From the IMG/VR virus record IMGVR_UViG_3300045970_000794, positions 186,001 through 250,000 of that record: a DNA stretch of 64,000 nucleotides; one strand, written 5' to 3'. Below the pieces are notes generated by a model. That model saw only the letters and a program-made list of their open reading frames with translations. It did not search any database and had not been told where the DNA came from. Each line of letters opens with the position of its first letter. The stretch's first letter is position 1. Position numbers and translations under genes: made by a program. Shown piece by piece: positions 29,044-39,837 of the stretch.

Positions 29044-30690
29044 ATGATAAGTGTTTTTTACTGTACCCGAGCTTCAAATCCGAAGCATCTAGAACATCTA
29101 AAGAAAACCTGTGGGTTAAAAGATGTTGAAATAATTGAATACATTAACAATGGTGAAGGTTTGACCAAACCATATAATGACGCATTGAAATCTGCAAAAT
29201 ATGATATTGTAGTATTTCTGCATGACGATATTGAAATTCGTACCGATAATTGGGGGAATAAAATATTAAAACATTATAAACGTAATCCAGAGTACGGCAT
29301 ATTAGGTGTTGCTGGTACTAAATACCTTTCTACTACTGGTAAATGGTGGGATGATAAAAAGAAAATGTATGGTCAAGTTTTCCATACACATGAAGGTAAA
29401 ACTTGGTTATCAGCTTATAGTAAAGACCAAGGTAATCAACTAGAAGAAGTATGTTTAGTTGATGGACTATTTTTCTCTGTTTGTAAATCTAGACTTAAAC
29501 ATAATTTTGATGAATCCGTTACTGGTTTCCACTTTTATGATGTAACCTTCTGCGTTCCAAATTACTTATCTGGCGTTAAAATTGGTGTTCATACCGATAT
29601 TAAAGTTAATCACATGTCAATTGGTGTGACCAATGATGAATGGGAGCAAAATAGGGTTTTATTTGCCGCTGAAAATAAAGAGCATTTACCAATCAATATT
29701 AAAAAAATATATGGTAAGAATGATAAGATTAAAGTACTTATCGGGTGCCTTAATTTTAATAGTTATACTGGCTCTGAACTACATTTCTATGAATTAGCCA
29801 AAGAATTAATTAAACAAGGTTGTGAAGTTAGTATTTGTTCTAATTTAGCTGGTGGTGATTTGGCTAATAGAGCTAAAACATTGGGGATTAAATTATACAA
29901 TCTTAATGAGCCACCAGGATATAAACTTGGTGATGGTAAATGGATGCTTAAAACAGCACAAGGTGATGTAGCATCTAAAGAAAATACGTTATATTCTGTA
30001 ACACCAACCGATTTCGATATTCTTCATTTGAGCCATAAACCAATTGTTGAACATTTAATGAAGTTATACCCAGATGTTCCAGTAATATCAACAATTCATT
30101 CTGAGGTTATTGAATTGGAATATCCAGTAATTAATGATAGAATTAAAAAATACATTGCAATTCGCCCAGAAATTAAACAATTTTTGATTGACCGTTTTAA
30201 TATTGATGAATCCAAAATTGGTGTGATTTATAATCCAATTAATAATACTCGATTTAAACCAATTGTAACAAAGAAAAGAGATAAAAAACGTATTTTATTT
30301 GTTGGTACGATGGACTATTTAAGAGAAAACACCATTAATGACTTAATTAATGAAACAAGAATAAATGGCTCTGAATTATATTTGGTTGGTAAAAAGAATG
30401 GTTTAAATGTTGATTCATTGTTAATAGGTAATGACCATGTTAAATATTTCCCACCAGTATGGAATATTGAAAAATATATTCAAGATTGTGATGAAACTGC
30501 TGGTATATTGCTTGGTAGAACTACAATTGAATCATGGATGTGTGAAAAGCCAGCGTGGATATACGAAATTGACGAACAAGGGAATATTAAATCAAAAAGA
30601 TTAAACGAAGTACCAAGTGATATTGATAAATTCATTAGTAGAAATGTAGTTAATCAAACTATTGAAGAATATAAAAATATTATCTCTTAA
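29044..30690 (+). CDS. Two-domain glycosyltransferase (GT-A plus GT-B)
   Basis: VFLHDD..GVAG..VDGLF..FHFYD in first domain; YTGSELHFYELAKEL..GRTTIE in second. Confidence 0.8.
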   Translation: MISVFYCTRASNPKHLEHLKKTCGLKDVEIIEYINNGEGLTKPYNDALKSAKYDIVVFLHDDIEIRTDNWGNKILKHYKRNPEYGILGVAGTKYLSTTGKWWDDKKKMYGQVFHTHEGKTWLSAYSKDQGNQLEEVCLVDGLFFSVCKSRLKHNFDESVTGFHFYDVTFCVPNYLSGVKIGVHTDIKVNHMSIGVTNDEWEQNRVLFAAENKEHLPINIKKIYGKNDKIKVLIGCLNFNSYTGSELHFYELAKELIKQGCEVSICSNLAGGDLANRAKTLGIKLYNLNEPPGYKLGDGKWMLKTAQGDVASKENTLYSVTPTDFDILHLSHKPIVEHLMKLYPDVPVISTIHSEVIELEYPVINDRIKKYIAIRPEIKQFLIDRFNIDESKIGVIYNPINNTRFKPIVTKKRDKKRILFVGTMDYLRENTINDLINETRINGSELYLVGKKNGLNVDSLLIGNDHVKYFPPVWNIEKYIQDCDETAGILLGRTTIESWMCEKPAWIYEIDEQGNIKSKRLNEVPSDIDKFISRNVVNQTIEEYKNIIS

Positions 30691-30691
30691 T

Positions 30692-31573
30692 ATGGACTGG
30701 AAATATCCCGAAATACCTAAAACTATGCATTTTTACTGGGGATTAAATACCCCAGTATCATATTTACAAATGCTTACAATTAAAAGTTTTAGATTACTAA
30801 ACCCAGATTGGGTAATAAACCTATGGGTACCAATATCTCCATTTAAAGAAACTCATTCGTGGTCCACTAATGAACAGAAAGTAGAATATACTGGTCTTGA
30901 TTATTATGATGAAATGATTAAGTATGTTAACCATGTTTTTGTAACTGATTTTGAAAAAATTGGCTTTAGAAATGATGTGTCGGAAGTATATAAATCTGAT
31001 TTTATTAGATTATATATACTATACCATGAAGGTGGCTTTTGGAGTGATATTGATATTTTATACATCAAACCAATGTCTGAATTAAATTTAGACTCTGGTA
31101 TTATACAAGGGGGTTCTTATAGTTTGAATATGGGTGTTGTTTATAATGACCCAGTTGGATATATTGGTATTGGTTTTATGTTCTCAAAAGCTAAGAATAA
31201 ATATTTTGAAGCTTTATTAAATTCAGCACTAGAGAATCTAAATACGGCCCAATATGAATCTATTGGCGTTGGGTTATACCGTAAATTATTCCATTCAATA
31301 TATGCTATTCAACATAAATTTAAAGGAATTACTTTTGCAAACATACCAATGGATGTAGTATATCCATTCGAATGGCACCAAGTTGATAAAATTTTCAATA
31401 GTACTGAAGATTTAACAACCAACCGAACTATTGGTATTCACTGGTTTAATGGTGCTACTGATGCAAAGAATTTCCAAAATTTATTAACACCAAATAATTT
31501 AGATGAAATAATTCAATCAACCATTGTTAGATATGTTAAACAAATCAATAAAGAATGGAGTGAAATTAATTAA
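30692..31573 (+). CDS. DXD glycosyltransferase (GT32-like)
   Basis: IPKTMHFYW; SDFIRLYILYHEGGFWSDID. Confidence 0.85.
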   Translation: MDWKYPEIPKTMHFYWGLNTPVSYLQMLTIKSFRLLNPDWVINLWVPISPFKETHSWSTNEQKVEYTGLDYYDEMIKYVNHVFVTDFEKIGFRNDVSEVYKSDFIRLYILYHEGGFWSDIDILYIKPMSELNLDSGIIQGGSYSLNMGVVYNDPVGYIGIGFMFSKAKNKYFEALLNSALENLNTAQYESIGVGLYRKLFHSIYAIQHKFKGITFANIPMDVVYPFEWHQVDKIFNSTEDLTTNRTIGIHWFNGATDAKNFQNLLTPNNLDEIIQSTIVRYVKQINKEWSEIN

Positions 31574-31576
31574 AAT

Positions 31577-32659
31577 ATGAAAACAGTAGTAACTATAACT
31601 GGTATTAGACCAGATTTTATTAGAATGTCAGAGATATTCAAAAAATTAGACGATAATTTTAATCATATTTTAATACATACTGGTCAGCATTATGATGCGC
31701 TATTGTCTGATGTATTTTTTAATGAATTAGAAATTAGGAAACCAGATTATAACTTAGAAATCGGTGGCCGTGGTAAAGAACATTTCCACCAATCAGCTGA
31801 TTTGTCGGTTAAAATTATTGAATTATTACGTAAAGAGGATATCAAACCAGATATTATTTTATTTCTTGGTGATTCTAATTCAGCAATGGCTGCTACCCCA
31901 TTAAAAAAAGAAGGTTATAAAATAGGTCATATTGAAGCTGGTATGCGGTCATATGATAAACGAATGTTAGAAGAAATAAATAGAGTGTGTTGTGACCATT
32001 GTAGTGATTTATTATTTGTTTATCATGATGACTATAAAAATAATTTATTAAAAGAAAATTTTGATTCAAAATCAATACATGTTGTTGGTAATACAATAGT
32101 CGAGGTTGCTATGAAATTCAATGATTTACTTAATACTAAATCAAAGACTAAAGATTTTATATTATTAGATATTCATCGGCCAGAAAACTTTAAACATCGT
32201 AGTAGGTTAGAAAATATTATAAAATATGCACAATATTTTTCAAATTTAACTGGATTACCAATTAAGTTATTAGGTTTTAAGCGTACTATGGATTATATTA
32301 CTGAGTTTAAAATTGATTTAACATCAATAGATTGTATTGAACTTATGTCATACAAAGATTTTATGCTAACGCAATATAATGCGGCATTTATGATTAGTGA
32401 TAGTGGAACTGCACAAGAAGAACCAGCATTGTTGAGGACTCCAGTATTAGTTCCTAGAGATTATACTGAAAGACCACAATCATATGCTAATAATTGTTCA
32501 CATTATTTAGATGTAAATGAATTCAAAATTGAAACATTAAAATTAGCTAATGATTGGCTAAAATCAATTTCAGATGGAAACTTAATTATGAAATCAGATT
32601 GGCTCGGTGATGGTAAAACATCGACCGACATAATTACAATTTTAAAACATTCAATATGA
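31577..32659 (+). CDS. wecB: UDP-N-acetylglucosamine 2-epimerase family
   Basis: GIRPDFIRM, HTGQHYD, GD, HIEAGMRS, EEINR, HRPEN, SDSGTAQEE, TERP. Confidence 0.9.
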   Translation: MKTVVTITGIRPDFIRMSEIFKKLDDNFNHILIHTGQHYDALLSDVFFNELEIRKPDYNLEIGGRGKEHFHQSADLSVKIIELLRKEDIKPDIILFLGDSNSAMAATPLKKEGYKIGHIEAGMRSYDKRMLEEINRVCCDHCSDLLFVYHDDYKNNLLKENFDSKSIHVVGNTIVEVAMKFNDLLNTKSKTKDFILLDIHRPENFKHRSRLENIIKYAQYFSNLTGLPIKLLGFKRTMDYITEFKIDLTSIDCIELMSYKDFMLTQYNAAFMISDSGTAQEEPALLRTPVLVPRDYTERPQSYANNCSHYLDVNEFKIETLKLANDWLKSISDGNLIMKSDWLGDGKTSTDIITILKHSI

Positions 32660-33468
32660 TTAGATTTTCAGTCGTAATGGCATATTATAATAGAAAGCCA
32701 CAATTGATTAGAACATTAAAATCAATCGAAAAATCCATTAAAGTGGATGAAGTTGAAGTGATTATAACTAACGATTGTAGCGCACCAGAACATTCAATTG
32801 ATGATTTAAATGGTCAGTTTAAGTTTCCAATTAACGTGATTAATGTGGACCCAAAAGACCGTTGGTATATTAACCCATGTGTACCATTTAATATGGCAAT
32901 CAAAGAAGCTAAAGGTGAATTCATAATACTTCAAAATCCAGAATGTATGCACGTTGGTGATATATTATTAGATGTAAGTTATTGTTTAAATCCAAAATTA
33001 TATATAACATATGGTTGTTATTCGATTAATCAAGATACTACAAATAGTTTAGGTACATTAAACCTAGAATCTGAAACATTATATGATGATACAATGAAAT
33101 TAATAAGTCCACTTACAACCGCTAGTGTTATTGTTGGTGAAAATTCTTGGTATAATCATTCACTTTATAGACCAAATGCATATCATTTTATATCAGCAAT
33201 TAATAAAGTTAATATTACTGATTTAGGTGGGTTTGATGAGCGATACGCAATGGGTATTGGCTTTGATGATGATGAATTATTATGGCGAATAAAACTAAAA
33301 GGATTATCGGTTTTAATACAAGATTCACCAATGGGTATACATCAATGGCACTATAGTGAGAATAATTTTTTCGCAAAAGCGGTTAACCCATCAGATGCAT
33401 TATATAAAAATCAGGTATTATTCAATAATATAACAAAAAAAGAAACAACATGGATAGTAAACAAATAA
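32656..33468 (+). CDS. GT2-family glycosyltransferase
   Basis: SVVMAYYNR; GGFDERY..GFDDDE. Confidence 0.85.
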   Translation: MIRFSVVMAYYNRKPQLIRTLKSIEKSIKVDEVEVIITNDCSAPEHSIDDLNGQFKFPINVINVDPKDRWYINPCVPFNMAIKEAKGEFIILQNPECMHVGDILLDVSYCLNPKLYITYGCYSINQDTTNSLGTLNLESETLYDDTMKLISPLTTASVIVGENSWYNHSLYRPNAYHFISAINKVNITDLGGFDERYAMGIGFDDDELLWRIKLKGLSVLIQDSPMGIHQWHYSENNFFAKAVNPSDALYKNQVLFNNITKKETTWIVNK

Positions 33469-34262
33469 AAATAATTGCATTCTGTCAATTAAGAAACGAA
33501 TTACAAAAAGGTAACCTAGAAAATTGGTTCAAACAATTAGAGTTTTGCGATTATATTTACGTATACGACCAGAATTCAATAGATGGTAGTTTAGAATATT
33601 ACAAAACAATCCCTAATGCGGTCGTTATTGAATCAAGTGTTAATCGATTCAGTGAAGAATTAATTTGCAAGGGTGAATTATTAAATAAATTATTAACAGA
33701 ACACCCAGATGTTGATTGGATATTATGGGTTGATGGTGATACATTACTAGATGGTAGATTATTAAGAGATAATGCTAAACAGTTCAAAGAATTATGCCAA
33801 TATGGAAATGATAATTCAATTGATTGCTTTATGTTCGAACATTATAATTTATGGCGTAGTGACATTTATTATAGAGTTGATAGTCAATATCATGATTTAT
33901 CTGGTAATGTTAGAGCATTATGGAGGAATACTGGTAATTTAAGTTTCAATGCTAGTGCTGGTCTACATGGCCAACAATACCCTAATGGTTTAAAAAAATT
34001 CAGTAAAATTGAATATGGTTTAATACACCGTGGATTTGCAACCGATTATCAAATTATCACAAAATATGATGTTTACAATGACAGAGGGCAACTAGGATTA
34101 GAGCGATTATTAAGTGAAACAAATCTAAATGTAGTTCAATTACCCGATGGTTTATTACCAGACTGGTTCGTTCTTACTGATATTGAACATCCAGCTAATA
34201 AAAGGAAAATTAAAGAGATTTACGATGAACAAAAACTTAGAGATAATAGCACTAATATTTAA
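33450..34262 (+). CDS. GT2-like glycosyltransferase
   Basis: RNE..YDQNSIDGS..WILWVDGD. Confidence 0.75.
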   Translation: MDSKQIKIIAFCQLRNELQKGNLENWFKQLEFCDYIYVYDQNSIDGSLEYYKTIPNAVVIESSVNRFSEELICKGELLNKLLTEHPDVDWILWVDGDTLLDGRLLRDNAKQFKELCQYGNDNSIDCFMFEHYNLWRSDIYYRVDSQYHDLSGNVRALWRNTGNLSFNASAGLHGQQYPNGLKKFSKIEYGLIHRGFATDYQIITKYDVYNDRGQLGLERLLSETNLNVVQLPDGLLPDWFVLTDIEHPANKRKIKEIYDEQKLRDNSTNI

Positions 34263-34956
34263 ATCGGTTGATTATTTAGAATTAATCTATAAGGAATTAA
34301 TTTCAGATAAATGTAAAGTTGATGGTTGGGATATTGGTGTTAGAATAGTTGCAAATGATGCGACACCAGAAGTTCTAGAACGATTAAAAGAGTTAAATAT
34401 TAAATGTTCAATTTATAATGACCCAAAGCCAAATGACTATTATTTGAATAGAGTTTATAGGTGTTGGAATTATGGTGGAAAAACCAGTGAATATGATAAT
34501 ATTTGTTTCGTTAATTCAGATATGGTATTTACTGAAAATTGGTTACCAAATTTATTAAAACACCATGATGGTATTAATATTCCATGCTCTAGGTTAGTGG
34601 AGAGTGGTAAAATGCTAAGCGGTTTGCATGCAGTATCAAAAAACTTCGGGAAAACAGCTAAAGATATTAATTTTGTTGATTGGGAAGCATTTGCGAAAAA
34701 CATAGCAATACCAACCACAATGCCGAATGGTTTATATATGCCATGCATTTTCACTAAAGAACGATTTGTTGAAAGCGGTATGTATCCAGAAGGTAATATC
34801 TATCATGATGGTGTTGGAACATTAGGTGCTTTTGTTAAAAGCGGTGATGTGTATTTTTTTAATGATGTTTTAAAACAAAAATATAATATGAATCATATAA
34901 CAGTGTTTGATTCATTAGTTTATCATATACAAGAAGGGGAAAAAGATGAATCATAG
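34225..34956 (+). CDS. GT2-like glycosyltransferase
   Basis: WNYG..ICFVNSDM..WL..VYH. Confidence 0.7.
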   Translation: MNKNLEIIALIFKSVDYLELIYKELISDKCKVDGWDIGVRIVANDATPEVLERLKELNIKCSIYNDPKPNDYYLNRVYRCWNYGGKTSEYDNICFVNSDMVFTENWLPNLLKHHDGINIPCSRLVESGKMLSGLHAVSKNFGKTAKDINFVDWEAFAKNIAIPTTMPNGLYMPCIFTKERFVESGMYPEGNIYHDGVGTLGAFVKSGDVYFFNDVLKQKYNMNHITVFDSLVYHIQEGEKDES

Positions 34957-35455
34957 TGAAGTAATATATCAAATTTGCGCTGGGCTAGCTATTAAACCAA
35001 ACAGCTATTTAGAACTCGGGCTTTATGAAGGTGAAACCTTTAAAATGTTAAGTAAATTAATTCCAAATTGTATTGGGGTTGATTTTTCACCAAAAAATTT
35101 AGATGGTTACGGTGGAATATTAGTAATGTCAACCGATGAATTCTTTAATCAAAATAAAGAAACTTTTGATATTATTTTTATTGATGCTGACCATAAATTT
35201 GAATCAGTTAAAACCGATTTATTGAATGCTATCAAAATATTAAATTATAATGGGATGATATTTTTACATGATACTGACCCAGAATCCGAATATCTATTAC
35301 AAGATGGGTATTGTAGTAATTCATATAAAATATTAGAATATATTAATAATGAATTACCAGAATTAACTCAAATTACTTTACCTGTAACACAGGCTGGGTT
35401 AACGATTGTAAAGAGAAAACATGATTCGAGAGTTAAAACTTATTTAAATGTCTAA
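34946..35455 (+). CDS. Class I SAM methyltransferase (Methyltransf_24-like)
   Basis: YLELG..G; FDIIFIDADH; GMIFLHD. Confidence 0.85.
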   Translation: MNHSEVIYQICAGLAIKPNSYLELGLYEGETFKMLSKLIPNCIGVDFSPKNLDGYGGILVMSTDEFFNQNKETFDIIFIDADHKFESVKTDLLNAIKILNYNGMIFLHDTDPESEYLLQDGYCSNSYKILEYINNELPELTQITLPVTQAGLTIVKRKHDSRVKTYLNV

Positions 35456-36080
35456 ATTATCAATAACAACATCTGATTTTATCAGTCATATTAAAAATAA
35501 TCTACCAATCGATAAAATTAAAACTATTATTGAAATTGGGAGTCTAGATGGTGCTGATTCATTAGCATTAAAAAAAGCTTTTCCAGCTGCAACCGTATAT
35601 ACAATTGAAGGATTGCCAGATAATTTTGAGCAATATTTAAAAAATCAAACTGAAATCAGAGCATTTAATATTGTAATTTGTAATTATATTGGTATGGTTG
35701 ATTATCATGTTAAAGATATTAATGGTTTACATGGTATTTTTAACCGTGGGAATGAATATGGGAATAAAATAATTAAGCTACCTTGCACCACTGCTGAGAA
35801 ATTTTGCGAGGTGAATGATATAACCTCAATTGATGTTTTGAAGATTGATGTTGAAGGTGCAACTTATGAAGTATTAGAGAGTTTAGGTAACATGCTTACT
35901 AAAACTAAATTAATTCATTTAGAAACTGAAACATTTCCATTTTTTGATGGTCAGAAATTACATAATGAAGTTTGTAATTTTTTATTAAATAATAATTTTG
36001 AATTACTTGAAATGACATTTGCAAATATTACTTCAGATGGTAAACAAAGTGATTCAGTTTGGATAAATAAGAATATATGA
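35448..36080 (+). CDS. FkbM-family methyltransferase
   Basis: IEIGSLDG; IDVLKIDVEGA. Confidence 0.85.
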   Translation: MSKLSITTSDFISHIKNNLPIDKIKTIIEIGSLDGADSLALKKAFPAATVYTIEGLPDNFEQYLKNQTEIRAFNIVICNYIGMVDYHVKDINGLHGIFNRGNEYGNKIIKLPCTTAEKFCEVNDITSIDVLKIDVEGATYEVLESLGNMLTKTKLIHLETETFPFFDGQKLHNEVCNFLLNNNFELLEMTFANITSDGKQSDSVWINKNI

Positions 36081-36994
36081 AAACGGGTTGGTTAATTAAT
36101 GATACTCTAACATGTATACCAAATACTAAAACATTCTGGCATGATTTATTAGATTGGTTACCAAATTTAATTGATAAAACCAATGGTTATACCGCTTATT
36201 CATCATTACCAAATAAAATCGAGTTAGATTATTCAACAATAAATAATAAGCCAGAGTATCTAATACGAAATGCATCGTTTTTTAGACGAATGAATATCCC
36301 AATAAAAACAATTTCATTATTACAAGACGTTTGGGATGAACCTACCCAGCTAGATGTGTGTAATAATTCTAGTTATACTGTGTTTAATTCACCGTTTACA
36401 TATGAATTATATAAAGATAAAATAACATCTAGATTTGAGGTAATACCATTAGGTACTGATTTTAATCTGTTTCAACCATTAAATAACAATTTTTCAGATG
36501 AATTCGGGATTCTACCTAATTCAATATGCTTTATTGGTGCTAATAATGACTACCCAAAAGGGTTCAATACAATATTAGATTTAATTAATTCAACTAATTA
36601 TAATTTTTGTTTAATCATGAAAGATAGTTTCGAGATGAATCACCCTAGAGTTAAAGTTTTTAATCGAATGTCACAGGAAAATGTTGTAAAAATATTAAAT
36701 TCTTGTGAGATGCTATGTACTTCTAGAATTGAAACATTACATTTATCTGGTGTTGAAGCTGCTGCTTGTAATTTACCACTAATAACAACCAATGTTGGTG
36801 TTTATTATAATAAAGAAAATGGTGATTGGGGTAGAAAAGCATCAACAGTCAATGAATTTAAAGAAAATATTGAATTCGTATTTAATAATTATAATAGTTT
36901 TAACCCTAGAGAACATTTTTTAAAACTAGGATATGATAAATCAACTTGTAAGAATAAGTGGGTTGAATTAGTTAATAAAATTGAAAATGAGTAA
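36077..36994 (+). CDS. GT4-like glycosyltransferase
   Basis: IPLGTD..F; KG; ETLHLSGVEAAACNLPLITTNVG. Confidence 0.8.
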   Translation: MKTGWLINDTLTCIPNTKTFWHDLLDWLPNLIDKTNGYTAYSSLPNKIELDYSTINNKPEYLIRNASFFRRMNIPIKTISLLQDVWDEPTQLDVCNNSSYTVFNSPFTYELYKDKITSRFEVIPLGTDFNLFQPLNNNFSDEFGILPNSICFIGANNDYPKGFNTILDLINSTNYNFCLIMKDSFEMNHPRVKVFNRMSQENVVKILNSCEMLCTSRIETLHLSGVEAAACNLPLITTNVGVYYNKENGDWGRKASTVNEFKENIEFVFNNYNSFNPREHFLKLGYDKSTCKNKWVELVNKIENE

Positions 36995-37940
36995 AGTTTT
37001 AGTTGTTGGTGGTGCTGGTTATATAGGCGGTTTAACTTCCGACTTATTATCATCTAAAGGTCACGATGTTACAGTATATGATAATTTATTGTATGAATCT
37101 AGATACCTTAAAAATGTTAAATTTGTTTATGGCGATATTCGTGAAACTGATAGAATAATTGAATTATCAAAATCTTTTGATGTAATTGTTTTAATGGCGG
37201 CATTAGTTGGTGACCCAGCGTGTAGTGTTGACCCACAACTTACTGAGGATATTAATTTTAAACCAATAAAAAAATTAGCTAATGGTATTCCATTGGGTAA
37301 ACATATAATATTCATGTCTACTTGCTCAGTGTATGGTGCCCAAGATACCCTATTAGATGAGTCTAGTTCAACGAACCCATTATCATCATATGCAAGTACC
37401 AAATTAAAGGCTGAAGAGTTTATAACGAAGCGTAATGGTACGATTTTTAGATTAGGTACTGTATTTGGTTTAGGTGATACATATAGTCGCATTAGAATGG
37501 ATTTAGTGGTTAATGTATTAGTAATGAAAGCACTAAAATATGGTGAGATAACAATTAATGGTGGTGAACAATGGAGACCAATTATTGCGGTGAAAGATAT
37601 TGCAAATTATATTTGTGAAGCTGTTGATTATCAATATAATGGTACATATATTTTAGCGTATGAAAACGTTATAATCAAAGAATTGGGTGTGAAAGTTGCA
37701 AGTTTAATTCCAAACACAAAAATTAATTACACTGATATTTCTTTCCAAGATGCTAGAAATTATCGAGTTAATAATAGTAAATCATTGGCAACGTTCAAAT
37801 ATAAACCTATTGTATCAGTTGAAGAAGAAGTTGGTAGGATGGTAAAAATGTTCAACGAACAACGAATTAAAAACCCAGAAGACATGATTTATAATAATGG
37901 TTCTTATTTAAGAGAATTAAAAAAAACAAACGAATTATAA
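36987..37940 (+). CDS. NAD-dependent nucleotide-sugar epimerase/dehydratase
   Basis: GGAGYIG, STCSVYG, YASTK. Confidence 0.9.
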   Translation: MSKVLVVGGAGYIGGLTSDLLSSKGHDVTVYDNLLYESRYLKNVKFVYGDIRETDRIIELSKSFDVIVLMAALVGDPACSVDPQLTEDINFKPIKKLANGIPLGKHIIFMSTCSVYGAQDTLLDESSSTNPLSSYASTKLKAEEFITKRNGTIFRLGTVFGLGDTYSRIRMDLVVNVLVMKALKYGEITINGGEQWRPIIAVKDIANYICEAVDYQYNGTYILAYENVIIKELGVKVASLIPNTKINYTDISFQDARNYRVNNSKSLATFKYKPIVSVEEEVGRMVKMFNEQRIKNPEDMIYNNGSYLRELKKTNEL

Positions 37941-37941
37941 T

Positions 37942-38544
37942 ATGAATATTGATAAAAGTTTCTGGGAGAGTAAACACTCTGATAGTGATAGATATTGGTT
38001 AACTGGTTCAAGTTTAAGAGATATTATGCATTTACATAATCTAACTATTGATGATATTAAAAATAAAAAAATGTTAGAAATTGGGGTTGGATTTGGTAAC
38101 CTATCGATAGATGCTGTGAATCACGTAAAAGAATTAATTTGTTGTGATATATCTGAAGTAGCATTAACGAAAGTTCATCCTTTAGTAACTAAAAAATATT
38201 TAACAACTGAACTTTCAAAAATTGAACCAGTTGATTTAGCTGTTTGTCATTTAGTGTTTCAACATTGTATTGATTCTGAGATTGAGAGGATAATCAATGA
38301 TGTTGTATTGAGTGATGATGGAATATTTTCATTTCAATTCGCATTTTTACGTGAAAATGAAGAACCAAATGAAAATGTTAAAAATTTAATTAATGGTGGT
38401 TCACATCATTTCAGAAGTATTGAAACTATTACTGATATGGTTAATAAAGCAAATAAAGAGATTATATCAATTTCGGAACCAATGAATTATTATAATCCAG
38501 AAAATTTTAGCTGGTTAATGATTAAAATTAAAAACAAAAAATAA
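37942..38544 (+). CDS. Class I SAM methyltransferase
   Basis: MLEIGVGFG; CDIS; VFQH. Confidence 0.8.
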   Translation: MNIDKSFWESKHSDSDRYWLTGSSLRDIMHLHNLTIDDIKNKKMLEIGVGFGNLSIDAVNHVKELICCDISEVALTKVHPLVTKKYLTTELSKIEPVDLAVCHLVFQHCIDSEIERIINDVVLSDDGIFSFQFAFLRENEEPNENVKNLINGGSHHFRSIETITDMVNKANKEIISISEPMNYYNPENFSWLMIKIKNKK

Positions 38545-38999
38545 TGGAAAAAGATATTAAATTATACAAAGGTGACATTGCGGTTGATGACCGAGGTTCA
38601 CTATCATTCGTAAATGACTTCAATTTTGAAGGTGTTAAACGATTCTATCAAGTAGAAAATCATAGAGCTGGTTTCATTCGTGCATGGCATGGTCATATAA
38701 AAGAGGGTAAATACGTATATGTTACTGAAGGTAGTATATTAATTGCGGTATTACCAATTACAATTGAGGGTGATAAAGCAGTTTGTGATGAAACAAAGAT
38801 TAAATCTTTCACATTATCAGCTAAGAAACCAAGTATTTTATGGATTCCAGCTGGTTATGCAAATGGATTTAAAACATTAACACCTAACACTAAAGTTATA
38901 TTCTTCTCAACATCAACACTAGAAGAAAGTAATGGTGATGATTATAGATTTGAAAGTAATAAATTTGGTAATAACATTTGGGAAGAAAATTTTAGATAA
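38544..38999 (+). CDS. rmlC: dTDP-4-dehydrorhamnose 3,5-epimerase-like cupin
   Basis: DDRG, IRAWHGH, WIPAGYANGF. Confidence 0.75.
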   Translation: MEKDIKLYKGDIAVDDRGSLSFVNDFNFEGVKRFYQVENHRAGFIRAWHGHIKEGKYVYVTEGSILIAVLPITIEGDKAVCDETKIKSFTLSAKKPSILWIPAGYANGFKTLTPNTKVIFFSTSTLEESNGDDYRFESNKFGNNIWEENFR

Positions 39000-39000
39000 T

Positions 39001-39837
39001 ATGAAAATATATGTTTTTGGTGCAACAGGTATGCTAGGTGAATATGTAACAACATATTTATCTGAATTTTATGATGTAATTATTATTAATAGGGATATGA
39101 TTGATGCTAGCTCAATAACTGAACGTCAATTGAGTGCTAAATTATTTCATTTAGGTGTTAAAAAAAATGATGTAATAATTAATTGTATGGGAACGATTAA
39201 ACCTAGAGTTGATGAGCTTGGCCCATTAAATGCTATTCTGGTTAACTCAGTATTCCCAAGAATTTTGGCGAATGCTTGCCAATCATTAGAAGCTAAAATG
39301 ATTCACCCAACTACTGATTGTGTTTTCACTGGTAATGATGGTGATTATACTGAAGATTCAATTCATGATGTAACAGATACTTATGGACGTACTAAATCAT
39401 TAGGTGAACCAGAAAATTGCACAGTTATTCGAACATCTATAATTGGTGAGGAAGTCAGTCAAGGTCGTTCATTAGTTGAATGGATTAAATCTTGTAAAGA
39501 TAAGGAAGCTAATGGTTATAATAATCATTATTGGAATGGAATGACATGTTTGCAATTTGCAAAAGTATGTCACATAATAATAGACGAGAATTTATTTTGG
39601 AATGGTGTTAAACATATTCATTCTAATTATGTTGATAAATGTAATTTATTAAAAATGGTTAGTGATGTGTATAAATTAAATATTAAAGTTAATGAAATAT
39701 CAGGTCCTACTAGTTGTGACCGAACATTGAAAAGTATTAGTATTGAACCTCAATTTAATATTCCAGAGTTGTACACACAAATTGTTGATATGAAAAATTT
39801 CTCAAAAAAACTATATGAAAATTATGAGTTGGATTAA
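39001..39837 (+). CDS. rmlD: dTDP-4-dehydrorhamnose reductase-like SDR
   Basis: GATGMLG, TTDCVF, YGRTK..GE, RTS. Confidence 0.8.
   Translation: MKIYVFGATGMLGEYVTTYLSEFYDVIIINRDMIDASSITERQLSAKLFHLGVKKNDVIINCMGTIKPRVDELGPLNAILVNSVFPRILANACQSLEAKMIHPTTDCVFTGNDGDYTEDSIHDVTDTYGRTKSLGEPENCTVIRTSIIGEEVSQGRSLVEWIKSCKDKEANGYNNHYWNGMTCLQFAKVCHIIIDENLFWNGVKHIHSNYVDKCNLLKMVSDVYKLNIKVNEISGPTSCDRTLKSISIEPQFNIPELYTQIVDMKNFSKKLYENYELD

Noticed and set aside
29044-39837. Bacterial O-antigen or capsule locus, i.e. a host contig
   Set aside because: It is continuous with phage genes of similar composition and has no wzx/wzy or ABC export genes.
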